From IMG/VR virus record IMGVR_UViG_3300044645_002216, positions 3,307 through 67,306 of that record: DNA of 64,000 bases. One strand, given 5' to 3'. The first letter of the stretch is position 1; each line of letters starts with the position of its first letter. Shown piece by piece: positions 19,401 through 26,327 of the stretch. This stretch comes from a virus. A program made the position numbers and the translations under genes. Below the pieces are notes generated by a model, which did no database searches, was not told where the DNA came from, and saw nothing but the letters and a program-made list of their open reading frames with translations.

Positions 19401-19508
19401 ACTAGATTCAATTCTCAATCTTTTACTTCTAATGGATTTAATGGAATTAGTACTTCACCTAGCGTAATTAGATTGAATCCACTAAAGTATGAAAATTACA
19501 CTAACTGA
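7482..19508 (+). CDS. gp7: Giant baseplate wedge initiator gp7-like protein (4008 aa) with a YHYH-like domain and many beta-repeat modules
   Basis: N-terminal QLPDYV...FLSQYY, KDFYSSKGT-x-x-SFEILFRALYG; QDSDYYQYFSY and NH-x-AGFKKFS motifs; HSPIIGWAYDGNPIYGP...DLDESNGRFCVTPEYP; lies between gp6 and gp8. Confidence 0.85.
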   Translation: MTESRIKISSIVENQLPDYVKEEFPLVTEFLSQYYQAIENQGSTLDILQNIDHYIKVDNLTNLIDSTQTTSNVSLFDGTINVESTFGFPDSYGLIKIDNEIITYKSKTSTSFDECVRGFVGIEEYFNNDQLKFSDTNVESHVEDSTVVNLSVLFLKEFFNKIKIQVTPGFENRALSSQINEGLFIKQSKDFYSSKGTAHSFEILFRALYGKDVEVILPRDFLIQPSDAQYRITKDLVVEAIEGNPTDLINLTLYQDSVYDIPASRGTVSNVEKIIRSNKEYYVISLDFGYGNNVNDTGLALGNFTVHSKTKNIIDIVPSSDTITVDSTLGFPSSGNLTVDLENGTQLLINYTSKSSTQFYGCTGINQNVPKNSELNLDAFAYGYTDVEQTKIAKVRITGVLSNIDLDSPTKYYDRGDLIKIVTIGKQSNDFRANKWLFNISSTHNIKSIIELDALNFRYNIDLYDRHFFYIGDSVTIISPQGQPASEIRGVVSAVKNSTSITISLEQKLNSLVPFQIKKNIVNVSSKNDLSLNKYVANVQNTYIDSTNSVYVTSLSLPYYANNSLDIRDKKITFSGTFSGDSLTVPNHKFYTGDKIVYNPDQNENKLDLGAGKYFVRRIDSSTIKLSRSVADLFNNRYLNVSGTVVDNVFYYEPFTFENLSPKTVLPQNLIRQIPIPSITNTRFITPTGFTGIFVNGVELLNYKSNDYVYYGPITSIDILSRGGNYDVINPPIVQISDLVGSGATAHCTVSGSLVRIDVIDGGVNYLQNPEIIITGGNGSNAKAIPILESYDYSVSFSSNQSAGYVNLIDNTIGFSSFHKLNNGDELIYQTNEQQGIGGITTNSSYFASVVDANTIKLHTKLTDAFDRTNPVNLSLPYGTGVHTLKSKFKRRKIQSINVINPGTNYRNRKLFVGSIGISTANNSININNHNFNNKDIVTYQSTGEVISGLDTSKYYYVEKIDDNNFRLFDQYTLDDKNQIDFYYETNQPVNLTSVGSGLHIFRDEPIRIQIIGPVGVTTFANQNFDAELQPIFRGRIESVFLEDGGSNYGTEEIFNYNRQPNITLNSGTGAEIRPVILNGSIVNVFVVNPGIGYNSPPDIFIESPTGSSAILVPIVNEGLLVEVKVVSGGIGYEQSTTTMIVSSAGQEAKFSANIKSWQVNLVERNIISGEITNDDGIIAESLNNKFELEYSHGYAPRSLRRSILAEKFTDEGIIYIPDLNIQNGSETLSDVHSPIIGWAYDGNPIYGPYGYSTASGGAAKLLKSGYSISLQDNRPSLDLYPEGFFIEDYQYTDNGDLDESNGRFCVTPEYPTGTYAYFATISENIETSGTFVNYRRPIFPYAIGDYYHSNIGVVNFSPVLNQDDFDLNQTNLLRNTTPYYLNSDNSFYEYLEDPNKIKEQNSKVINVSSGSVTSIDIIDPGENYNVGDQILFDNAGTGGRGAKAYVSGIQGKNIVGISITTLQVDNVELIGNVGISSSQLNLKNRDFLTITGKIPNQFSTTQRIEIVNSTLILSSGIGSAFYTGIVTYMSVYPPINAIENDLFYLGNEVVKILNIDKLNSRVRILRNQKGTTGISSYSAGYALTESPTKFVYNSSGIGATFFDNREFYFNPIESVGLGTTSGVGIGLTLYFSNPGAGGTSIFVPTRTIYIPDHQIPTGTELLYRSNDGSPLSISTDGVSSYNLSNNSIVYSAKISEDLIGISTVLVSLGNTGTFVGVGSTNIGTLLYFTSIGSGVNHSLKSNPTKTVKADLSKNTVNVSTAETHGLFERENIKITALPQLSTSVYVSYSDYNRRLCINKLSFSSPNVDIVSKTITINDHKLPTGQSVVYREITPVGGLVDSKIYYVIEYGKNSIKLAESLYDISINKVVNITSTGSGTISAINPQIVVTKNNTINFDLSDSSLAFKNNAIDYTAFDFNIYEDALLNKKFDKTPNSSTFNVIKNGRIGIDTTASISLIFNNELPNKLYYRLEPKKDNLLPSSKKEIIFDDQISGAGEIIFVDSVLSGSASISGVGSTTFTYTIPFAPPESSYNKSNGIFEYERFRGKGKIKNIYLESGGTKYKSLPSISQVLSEDGKGALLYSNGTDIGSVSNVEIIDIGFSYPKDYTLRPTAKLPNILKLYSLSIFDRIGISSQGINYVIPPDLVVIDKKTNKQVVDVDLSYNLGDNEVRINRNVSGIYDTNPSIIPINNSNGIGINSITYDSTTKNVTLYLKPSYSDLESFPFAIGERILVESVGVTSTTSTIRGYNSENYGFSLFTVTSTDPNIGGSNPSITYNLSEYLSSGESPGTVNLNGFVVPERYLPIFNISLKKLEFLNGETVSSKSASGIVQLWDSKNNNLKIATNKDFVIGEVIIGESSRASGIINEIYISDSSYNVDSYSIVRKGWFSETGFLNKDTQRIQDSDYYQYFSYSLKSEISFDVWEDSVSTLNHTAGFKKFSDLVINSTSGFVGLSTSIDANNSQFTGIADLYSVKSLHCFDDFDLVSENNIVMNNKSYSDTINFKSKILQDYIESIGNRVLKIDDISSEFNSNPRTTNFSVIDSFDINDFRSRKYVIYITDRTLPNEKETILVSLIHDGSTAYLNQYASVTSEEDLGHFDFNITGVDANLLFYPNKSELNNYNLEYLSFGIRDNVSGIGTLHLGDAITIRSDTSEILAGSISTTVVGIASTYRASKVLVQIGATDRSYFEFNEFTLLHDDSNVYFIDYGQLTTGNFSSYSSIGIGTYHAYLNGSELNLDLILDNPSTVNYNINSVIVSIANTSSSGLGTGTVGGTFLESNHTSIASTSSPTGTLVSEYDLVSNSSYYIAVVEDLTNGNSQVSEIVVTNSRTESYLSEYGLVKTSESFNSLGQFDANTTGNTGNLWFTPNANIECEVRIFAIHTGLDETSGMIDFTNSALDSSYGLYNGSSLDVKREFELKHNSIPIFKRQFDGSSSDIVDVVRNTIRIPEHYFITGEEITYSYQGAPIGIETTSIAGIGTTDKLPPNLYIVKVNDLDVQVSASASHALSSTPNVLSITSVGSGTTHHFSAKNQNSKLLLALDNAIQSPIVSTAITTKLVNNIEIFENILTFAGITSFYGGDLIKVDNEIMKLTGVGIGSTNFVTVLRPWMGSTLAIHTSGALISKVEGDFNIVDNNIHFIDPPQGLVPLENPNKFDETDYSGITTSSKFSGRVFLRSGIENSSQEPYSRNYIFNDISNQFNGVTSDFRLTSNNSNVTGVSTSNSIILINGVFQIPSRPGAVSIVGGYDLEESSGISTISFVGTTSSIGSDINISNIPRGGIIVSVGSTRGFGYQPLVSAGGTAVVSVAGTIQSVSIANSGSGYRSGYQVVNVGVGTSSLYSPNIEFIGTATVSGGHVVSVAITNPGVGYTASNPPYVFFDSPLSYTNIPLVHSSSSLTGFGTGARVDIIVGQGSSVISFELKNLGYGYGQREILTIPISGNIGIPTNTNLIFKEFSIIVEQTYNDSFSGWAIGDLQLLDPLDSLFDGERTEFPILINGNQTTIRKKVGSNIDIESTLLIFINDVLQVPGEGYTFAGGSVITFTEPPSQGDTSKLVFYRGTGDVDTVLVDILETIKPGDTLQINSDDESYKQDERSVSEIISSDAVRTNMYSRSGISNDSNLLRPVTWCKQEFDMVMNDQQVTKDRIQYEPYIYPISNIIEHVGTSSTVIYVESAKTFFDSVDEYVQDGSTEKPQKSIKIVEQETLVPAFATAIVSSAGTIGSILISNSGIGYTSSNVPSVIIGNTIGVALTQRATATAVVSPFGTISNIIVNYPGVGYTSSNPPQVLIELPEPKVEVIREVNYSGDFGIIVGYGISTMSGSDKNIFDLYVPQNSFLRDTNIVGTAITLSQIQVGDFFVVQNSNVGSASTNFFTYRNDNSIIGLSTQYVDGIYQVNAVETIYRSVAGVGSTYVKRIFAIVEPTTGISTIGLGASTIFFDSTYYTWDHLGITTYSGGTISTSNYFGDYSWGKISGLTRFNSQSFTSNGFNGISTSPSVIRLNPLKYENYTN

Positions 19509-19535
19509 TAAATATTTCTAAAGGTATAACTATCA

Positions 19536-20690
19536 ATGGCTAAGTTAGGAATAAACACTGGTAGTGCCCCCGATGCTGGAAATGGCGATTCTATGTTGGT
19601 AGGTGCCATTAAAATTAATAGTAATTTTAATGAACTTTATAATGTTCTTGGTGATGGTACAAATCTCAATAACAGCATTGGCTATGCATTAACTTCGGGA
19701 ATTTCTACAGTTTCTCAAGGTCTCACTGGAACTCCGAATATTAGTGTTGGAACTCTAGGAGCCTCTTTTGCTAATGTAACTGGAAGTGGAACATCAACAA
19801 CTCAACTTCGGGTTATTGGCATTTCAACACTTAGTTCAACTAATATAAGTGGCGACTTAACATTTACTGGAAATAATGACATATATCTAAAAGATAATGG
19901 AGTTGCTAATTTTGGAAATAGTAATGATCTCCAAATCTATCACAATGGATCGGCAAGTGTAATCAGAGATGCTGGAACTGGTGGATTACAAATAGATTCT
20001 GATAGTGAAATTACACTTGCAAAATCAACTGGCGAAAATATGCTAGTTGCTACAACTGATGGATCGGTAAGTCTTTATCATGATAACTCTAAAAAATTTG
20101 AAACTCTTGGAACTGGAGTGACAGTTACAGGAACTACTTTTACAAATCAATTAAATGTTTCTGGTATTTCTACTTTCAATAACCAGGTGAATGTTTTTAG
20201 CAATGTCAACACAACTGGTGTTATAACTGCTACCACCTTTAGTGGAAATGCAACTACAGCATCATATGCAACTTTAAGTGGTGTTTCAACTTATTCAAAT
20301 ACTTCGGGGATCGCAACCTACTCAAATATTGCCGGAATAGCAACCTATTCATCAAATTCTGGAATTTCGACTAATGTAATTGGTGGTGTGGGGTCATTGT
20401 CGCAATTATCAGTAAGTGGAGTTGCAACTTTCACTTCAGGGCCATTATTCATAGGTACTGACACCTCAACAGGAACTTCTAATCAACTAATTCAAATTAA
20501 TAGTGGTGCTTATATTTCTGGATCTGTTGGTATTGGAACCACAAATCCAACATCAAAACTAACAGTCAGTGGCGGTGATATTTCTGTTGGTGTCAGCACC
20601 TCCCATGGTGTTATTTTAACATCACCAAATGGAACTCAGTACCGTTTAATCGTCAATGACTCTGGGAATCTTAGCACGGTTACCGTATAA
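19536..20690 (+). CDS. Baseplate/short tail-fibre-like structural protein
   Basis: gp9/gp10-like N-terminus (GINTG-x-x-PD-x-G-x-GD...KINSNFNELY), fibre motifs (DLQIYH, VGIGTTNP), 9-aa repeats; GATAAATA late promoter at 19507. Confidence 0.75.
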   Translation: MAKLGINTGSAPDAGNGDSMLVGAIKINSNFNELYNVLGDGTNLNNSIGYALTSGISTVSQGLTGTPNISVGTLGASFANVTGSGTSTTQLRVIGISTLSSTNISGDLTFTGNNDIYLKDNGVANFGNSNDLQIYHNGSASVIRDAGTGGLQIDSDSEITLAKSTGENMLVATTDGSVSLYHDNSKKFETLGTGVTVTGTTFTNQLNVSGISTFNNQVNVFSNVNTTGVITATTFSGNATTASYATLSGVSTYSNTSGIATYSNIAGIATYSSNSGISTNVIGGVGSLSQLSVSGVATFTSGPLFIGTDTSTGTSNQLIQINSGAYISGSVGIGTTNPTSKLTVSGGDISVGVSTSHGVILTSPNGTQYRLIVNDSGNLSTVTV

Positions 20691-20716
20691 CTACTAAATA
20701 GATAAAAAACTGCAAA

Positions 20717-22270
20717 ATGTCTGCAATTATAACTGATCAATTAAGAATACTGAATGCAAAAAAGTTTGTTTCTGGTATAACCGAAACTGGCAATGCTTAT
20801 TATTCTTTTATAGGATTGCCTAATGCAACTGATTATTCTCCTACCTGGGATGTAACCCCACCAGCACCTAAAGACAACTTTGATCAGGAGAATGATTATT
20901 GGGATACAATGATTGCGTTGAAGAGAATTCGAACAGATGATGTTAGACAAATGATCCGAAAGATCAATTGGACATCTGGAATAACTTATGATATGTATCG
21001 GCATGATATCAATCGTGATAAAACTTCAAAACCCTCTGGAGCAACAAGTCTTTATTATGCAAATTATTATGTATTGAATAGTGATTATCGTGTTTACATT
21101 TGCTTGAATAATGGAGTAAGTCCAGAAACTCCAAATGGAAGGCCTTCATTAGATGAACCAACCTTTACTGATTTAGAACCAAGATCAGCAGGAAATAGTG
21201 GAGATGGATATATTTGGAAGTATCTTTATACAATTAGACCTAGTGAAATTGTAAAATTTGACTCAACTGATTACATACCAGTTCCTATTGACTGGGAAAC
21301 AAGTGATAGAGATTTTGCGGTTAGGAATAATGCTGCAACAAGTGGGCAGTTAAAAGTTATAACAATTACTAATCGTGGTGTTGGTGTTGGAACTGCAAAT
21401 AGAGTTTATAATAGAGTTCCAATTGAAGGTGATGGAATTGGTGCTGAAGCAACTATTATTATTAATAGTGAATCCAAGGTTGAATCTATAACTATTTCGA
21501 ATGGGGGATCTGGTTATACCTTTGGAACTATCGATTTAGAAACTGGGGGAGTACCGACTGGAACAACCAGACCTACTTTTGATGTAATTATTCCACCCAA
21601 AGGGGGTCATGGTGCAGACATTTATAGAGAACTTGGTGCATTTAACGTTCTAGTTTATTCTAGGATTGAAAATGATATTCAAAATCCAGATTTTATAACC
21701 GGTAATCAGATAGCAAGAATTGGTTTAGTTGAAAATCCAGAAGCATTTGGCACAAATTCAATACTTGATGTTGACAAAGCAAGTTCTGCTTATGCACTCA
21801 AATTAACTGGTGTGGCTTATAGTACAACTACATTTAATCCAGATTCAAGGATTTTCCAAACAGTTGGGACAGGAATAACTGCGGTTGGAAGAGTTATTTC
21901 TTATAATCAAAATACTGGAGTTCTTAAATATTGGCAGGATAGAACTTTTGTTGGATTTAATACTGATGGTACTCAAAATAATTCCCCTGTATATGGATTT
22001 GGATTGAACAGATTTACTTCTTCTCCATCTACTGGCGGAAGCGTTACGATTACTGGCGGTTCTTCAAATCTAGGAATTGAAACCTCATTTACTGGGGTAA
22101 CCACCACTATAAATAATAGAAATTATTACTTGGGACAGTCCTTTGTGAATGGAGTGTCTAACCCAGAAGTTAAAAAATCATCTGGAAATATAATTTACGT
22201 GGACAACAGACCATCAATAACTAGGTCTCAAAACCAAAAAGAAGATATAAAAGTTATTTTGCAATTCTAA
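20717..22270 (+). CDS. gp8: Baseplate wedge subunit gp8
   Basis: MSAIITDQLR, DGYIWKYLYTI, SGNIIYVDNR-x-x-ITR...KEDIKVILQF motifs. Confidence 0.93.
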   Translation: MSAIITDQLRILNAKKFVSGITETGNAYYSFIGLPNATDYSPTWDVTPPAPKDNFDQENDYWDTMIALKRIRTDDVRQMIRKINWTSGITYDMYRHDINRDKTSKPSGATSLYYANYYVLNSDYRVYICLNNGVSPETPNGRPSLDEPTFTDLEPRSAGNSGDGYIWKYLYTIRPSEIVKFDSTDYIPVPIDWETSDRDFAVRNNAATSGQLKVITITNRGVGVGTANRVYNRVPIEGDGIGAEATIIINSESKVESITISNGGSGYTFGTIDLETGGVPTGTTRPTFDVIIPPKGGHGADIYRELGAFNVLVYSRIENDIQNPDFITGNQIARIGLVENPEAFGTNSILDVDKASSAYALKLTGVAYSTTTFNPDSRIFQTVGTGITAVGRVISYNQNTGVLKYWQDRTFVGFNTDGTQNNSPVYGFGLNRFTSSPSTGGSVTITGGSSNLGIETSFTGVTTTINNRNYYLGQSFVNGVSNPEVKKSSGNIIYVDNRPSITRSQNQKEDIKVILQF

Positions 22271-22276
22271 AAAATT

Positions 22277-25200
22277 ATGCCTCAAGAAACTAATCTTAAC
22301 GTATCTCCTTATTTTGACGATTTTGATGCGAATAAGAACTTTTATAAGGTTCTTTTTAAACCCGGACAACCAGTACAGGCAAGAGAACTAACTGGTCTTC
22401 AGTCCATACTTCAAAATCAAATTGAAACCTTTGGAAATCATATTTTTAAAGAGGGTTCATTAGTAATTCCTGGAGGCATAGATTATAACGGCCAACTAGC
22501 GGGAGTAATAATTAATCCCACTTTTAATGGTCTCACTGTTGATAGTTATATTGATAATTTATTATACAAAGATATTGTGGGTGAAAGGTCAGGTACTAGG
22601 GCAAGAGTCGTACATATTTTAAAAGCAGGTGAAGATAGTAATCCATCCACTGTTTTGTATTGCACTTTTCAATCTGGATCAACTGCATTCCAAAGTGGAG
22701 AAAATTTACTTACTGAGTTTGTAGTTTCTCCTGGATTTTCATCTTTATCTCAGATAAACGCGGGGCAGGCTTTTTGTACTACGTCAAATGAAGTCACAAA
22801 TGTAATTGGTTCTGCTCTTACGGTAAATGAGGGAGTATACTTCATTCGCGGATATTTCATAACTGTTCCAACACAAGAAATTATCTTAGGGTGGAATACA
22901 TCTACACCATCTTATAGTGCTGGATTTGAAATATTTGAAGAATTAATCACTGCAGATGATGATCCTACGTTATATGATAATGCAAGAGGATTTTCTAATT
23001 TTGCGGCTCCCGGTGCGGATAGATTAAGAATTACAACTAATCTAACAAAAAGACCGATTACTCGCAATGACATAAATTCAGTATCTGATAAAAATTACAT
23101 TGAAATTTTTAGAATTCTTGGTGGAGAACTTAGAAAACTCAATAGAAATGCTCAGTATGATGAAATTGCAAAAGAGTTTGCCAGAAGAACTTACGATGAA
23201 TCTGGAAACTATTATGTAAAACCATTTGTAGTTGAAGTAAGAGAATCTTTAAATGATTTAAAGGGTAATGATGGAATTTATTCTCCAGGAGAGACTACCT
23301 CCCAGGGACTTAGGACAAATGAACAACTAGGAGTTTATAAAATATCTCCGGGAAAGGCATATGTTCAAGGTTATGAAGTAGAAAGTCTTGGAACTCAACT
23401 TCTAGACTTTACAAAACCTAGAACTACGAAAGATCTCAAAAATCAGTTCATTAACTTTTCAACTGGTTCATCATTTACTTTAAATAGAGTTTATGGTGCT
23501 CCTTCTCTAGAAGTAGATGGATCTTATATAGTGAGTCTTAGGGATTCTAGAGTTGGTACATCTCAAATTACTGCTCCAGGAAAAGAAATTGGATTAGCAA
23601 GGGTTTATGACTTTGCATTGGAATCAGGAATTTATAATGAAAGTGTAAAGAATCTCAATGAATGGGATATTTCATTATACGATATTCAGATGTATAATGA
23701 ATTTGTTTTAAATGAAAGTATTACATTACAAATTCCTACCCACATTAAAGGAAAAGCAAGTGGTGCAACTGCATTTTTAAGATACTCTGCAACTAATTCT
23801 GGAATTATTACTGCATATAATATTGACGGAAACTTCCAGGTAGGAGAAAGATTAATTTTTGATGATAACGAAACTAATACCAGAGTTTCTACTGCGATAA
23901 CTGAGTATGGAGTATCTGATGCAAGTTCTTTATATGGAATTATTGGCACCGGGTATACATTCACTGCAGATATTAAACCTACTATTGTTTCGGATTTTGG
24001 TCCGGTTTCTATTAGTACTGCCTCAGCTGGCGTTAGCACAGTTAGAACAAGTGACCCTAATGTGTTCTTTAATATATCATTAAAGAACAATGATATTGTA
24101 ACATACAATGTTCCGGGAATTTCTACATTTACATATTCAAGAGTTGTATCAGTATCAGATAAAGCATTTGCTATCACTGGTATTACTACTGTTCCTGGAG
24201 TATGTGAAGGAGCTTTACCTTCTTCTGGAGTTAATGTAAATAATATCTTTTTATTAAAATCACCTCTCAAAGGTTCATTAAGCAATAGTTTATTTACACC
24301 ATTGCCAGTTGAAAACATAGCAACAGTTGATTTAACAAACTCTATTTTGTTTGTAAGAAAAGAGTTTGACGTTCAGATTTCTGCAAATGCAGTTACAATT
24401 TCTCCAACATTATTAGAATCAAATGAAGCTTTTGTTCCATTTGACGAAGAAGATTATGTATTAGTTAGAAAAGATGGTCAATTAGAATCACTTTCTGCAG
24501 ATAAATTTTCATTCAATAATAATAACAGAGGACTGTCTATATTTGGCCTCGGAAGTAATACTGATGCAAGGCTTATAGCAACTATTCAGAGATCTGAAGT
24601 TAAAGCAAAACAAAAAAATAAAGTTAAGATTTCAACTCTTACTATCAATAAATCATCAAACCCAGGTTCTGGTATTGGATCTACTACATTAAATGATGGA
24701 TTAGTTTATGGTAATTATCCATATGGAACAAGAGTTCAGGATTCTGAAATTTGCTTGAATTATCCAGATGTATCTAAAATATATGAAGTTTTTGAATCTA
24801 GTAATACATCAGATCCAGTTTTACCATCACTTGTATTAACCGATATTAATAGTGCAAATGGAACAGTTGACGATTTAATTATCGGAGAAGAAATTTATGG
24901 ACTTACTAGTCTTGCTGTGGCAAAATACATAGGTAAAGTAAATTCCAATAAGATTAATTATGTTTTAATTTCTGAAAAATCATTTTTATCTGGGGAAACT
25001 ATTACTTCATTGGAGTCTGGAGTATCTGCAGACATTAGTTCTGTGGAATCAAATTCCAATAGTATCTCCGATGATTATACTTTTTCGGAGGGTTTAAAAA
25101 ATTACATTTACGATTATTCTGTTCTTTCTCTGAATAAAGATAAGACTCCTCCATCAAAAAAACTAACGATCGTTTTTGAAAGAAGTGAGTATTCGGAATC

Positions 25201-26311
25201 AGATACTGGAGATCTTACTACCATAGATTCTTATGGACAATATAACTGGTGTGAAATTTTATTCACCAATGATATTAACAATGGTGATGTGATTGATTTG
25301 CGTCCTAGAGTTGATAATTATACTGTCCTCGAAAATGTTCGATCACCATTAGAATTTTTAGGTAGAACTTTTAATGCAACTGGAAACTCTTCAAAGAATA
25401 TAATTGCATCTGATACTTCCTTAGTTTCTAACTACTCATATTACTTAGGAAGAATTGATAAAATTTATCTATCTAAGGATAATACAATTCAGGTAAGACA
25501 AGGAGAACCATCAGAAAATCCACTACCTCCAGAATCAATTGAAAATGCATTAGAAGTTGCTACTATTATCATTCCCCCATATCAGTGCAACGCCCAAAGT
25601 GCTTCAGTTATTCTTACTGAAAATAAAAGATATCAAATGAAAGATATCGCGAGACTTGAAAATAGAATTAAAAACCTAGAATATTATACTACACTATCAC
25701 TACTAGAAAAAGATACTTCCACATTGACTATTAAAGATGCTAATGGCATTGATAGATTTAAGAGTGGTTTGTTTGTAGATAATTTTAAAACTACAACTTT
25801 CCAAATTAAAAAGACCGAAGTCAAAAATAGTATTGACATGAAGAGAGGTGAATTAAGACCATCTCCATACACAACTGAAGTTGATTTATTACTAGGTGAT
25901 AATACTTTACTAAATAGTGAAGATACATTTTTTACCTTTTATGATGCAAAGTACGCTAATGATTTAGTTGGAATTGGCGTAACACGCAGTGGACTTATTC
26001 CTGGTAGTGCAGGTAAAGGAGTAATTACTCTCAATTATCAAGAAGTTGTTGAAATATCACAACCATTTGCAACAAGAATTGAAAATGTAACTCCTTATTT
26101 TGTGACAGTTTACGAAGGAATTATTGATTTGAATCCATCATCAGATTTTTGGGTAGATAGAACCCAGTTAGCTCCTATAACAGTAGAGGGAATCACTACA
26201 GAAATGACTTCAACTACATTACAACTTACAAAAGAACAAATAGACACTCAAGGCGGATGGAGTCCCATTGTATGGAATTCTTGGTCCGATCAGTGGACTG
26301 GTAGTTTATAA
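22277..26311 (+). CDS. VrlC-like/DUF4815 virion structural protein, N-terminal half
   Basis: NLNVSPYFDDF...QARELT, APGADR, ARRTYDESGNY, NKRYQMKDI-x-x-LE-x-RI-x-NLEYYT, RFKSGLFVDNF; ends at WNSWSDQWTGSL followed by TAA TAA. Confidence 0.85.
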   Translation: MPQETNLNVSPYFDDFDANKNFYKVLFKPGQPVQARELTGLQSILQNQIETFGNHIFKEGSLVIPGGIDYNGQLAGVIINPTFNGLTVDSYIDNLLYKDIVGERSGTRARVVHILKAGEDSNPSTVLYCTFQSGSTAFQSGENLLTEFVVSPGFSSLSQINAGQAFCTTSNEVTNVIGSALTVNEGVYFIRGYFITVPTQEIILGWNTSTPSYSAGFEIFEELITADDDPTLYDNARGFSNFAAPGADRLRITTNLTKRPITRNDINSVSDKNYIEIFRILGGELRKLNRNAQYDEIAKEFARRTYDESGNYYVKPFVVEVRESLNDLKGNDGIYSPGETTSQGLRTNEQLGVYKISPGKAYVQGYEVESLGTQLLDFTKPRTTKDLKNQFINFSTGSSFTLNRVYGAPSLEVDGSYIVSLRDSRVGTSQITAPGKEIGLARVYDFALESGIYNESVKNLNEWDISLYDIQMYNEFVLNESITLQIPTHIKGKASGATAFLRYSATNSGIITAYNIDGNFQVGERLIFDDNETNTRVSTAITEYGVSDASSLYGIIGTGYTFTADIKPTIVSDFGPVSISTASAGVSTVRTSDPNVFFNISLKNNDIVTYNVPGISTFTYSRVVSVSDKAFAITGITTVPGVCEGALPSSGVNVNNIFLLKSPLKGSLSNSLFTPLPVENIATVDLTNSILFVRKEFDVQISANAVTISPTLLESNEAFVPFDEEDYVLVRKDGQLESLSADKFSFNNNNRGLSIFGLGSNTDARLIATIQRSEVKAKQKNKVKISTLTINKSSNPGSGIGSTTLNDGLVYGNYPYGTRVQDSEICLNYPDVSKIYEVFESSNTSDPVLPSLVLTDINSANGTVDDLIIGEEIYGLTSLAVAKYIGKVNSNKINYVLISEKSFLSGETITSLESGVSADISSVESNSNSISDDYTFSEGLKNYIYDYSVLSLNKDKTPPSKKLTIVFERSEYSESDTGDLTTIDSYGQYNWCEILFTNDINNGDVIDLRPRVDNYTVLENVRSPLEFLGRTFNATGNSSKNIIASDTSLVSNYSYYLGRIDKIYLSKDNTIQVRQGEPSENPLPPESIENALEVATIIIPPYQCNAQSASVILTENKRYQMKDIARLENRIKNLEYYTTLSLLEKDTSTLTIKDANGIDRFKSGLFVDNFKTTTFQIKKTEVKNSIDMKRGELRPSPYTTEVDLLLGDNTLLNSEDTFFTFYDAKYANDLVGIGVTRSGLIPGSAGKGVITLNYQEVVEISQPFATRIENVTPYFVTVYEGIIDLNPSSDFWVDRTQLAPITVEGITTEMTSTTLQLTKEQIDTQGGWSPIVWNSWSDQWTGSL

Positions 26312-26327
26312 TAAGGAGACATAGAAA

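Noticed and set aside
23686-24318. 210-aa reverse-strand ORF and the other antisense/alternate-frame ORFs in the track
   Set aside because: They are shadows of well-supported + strand genes with no motifs or translation signals.
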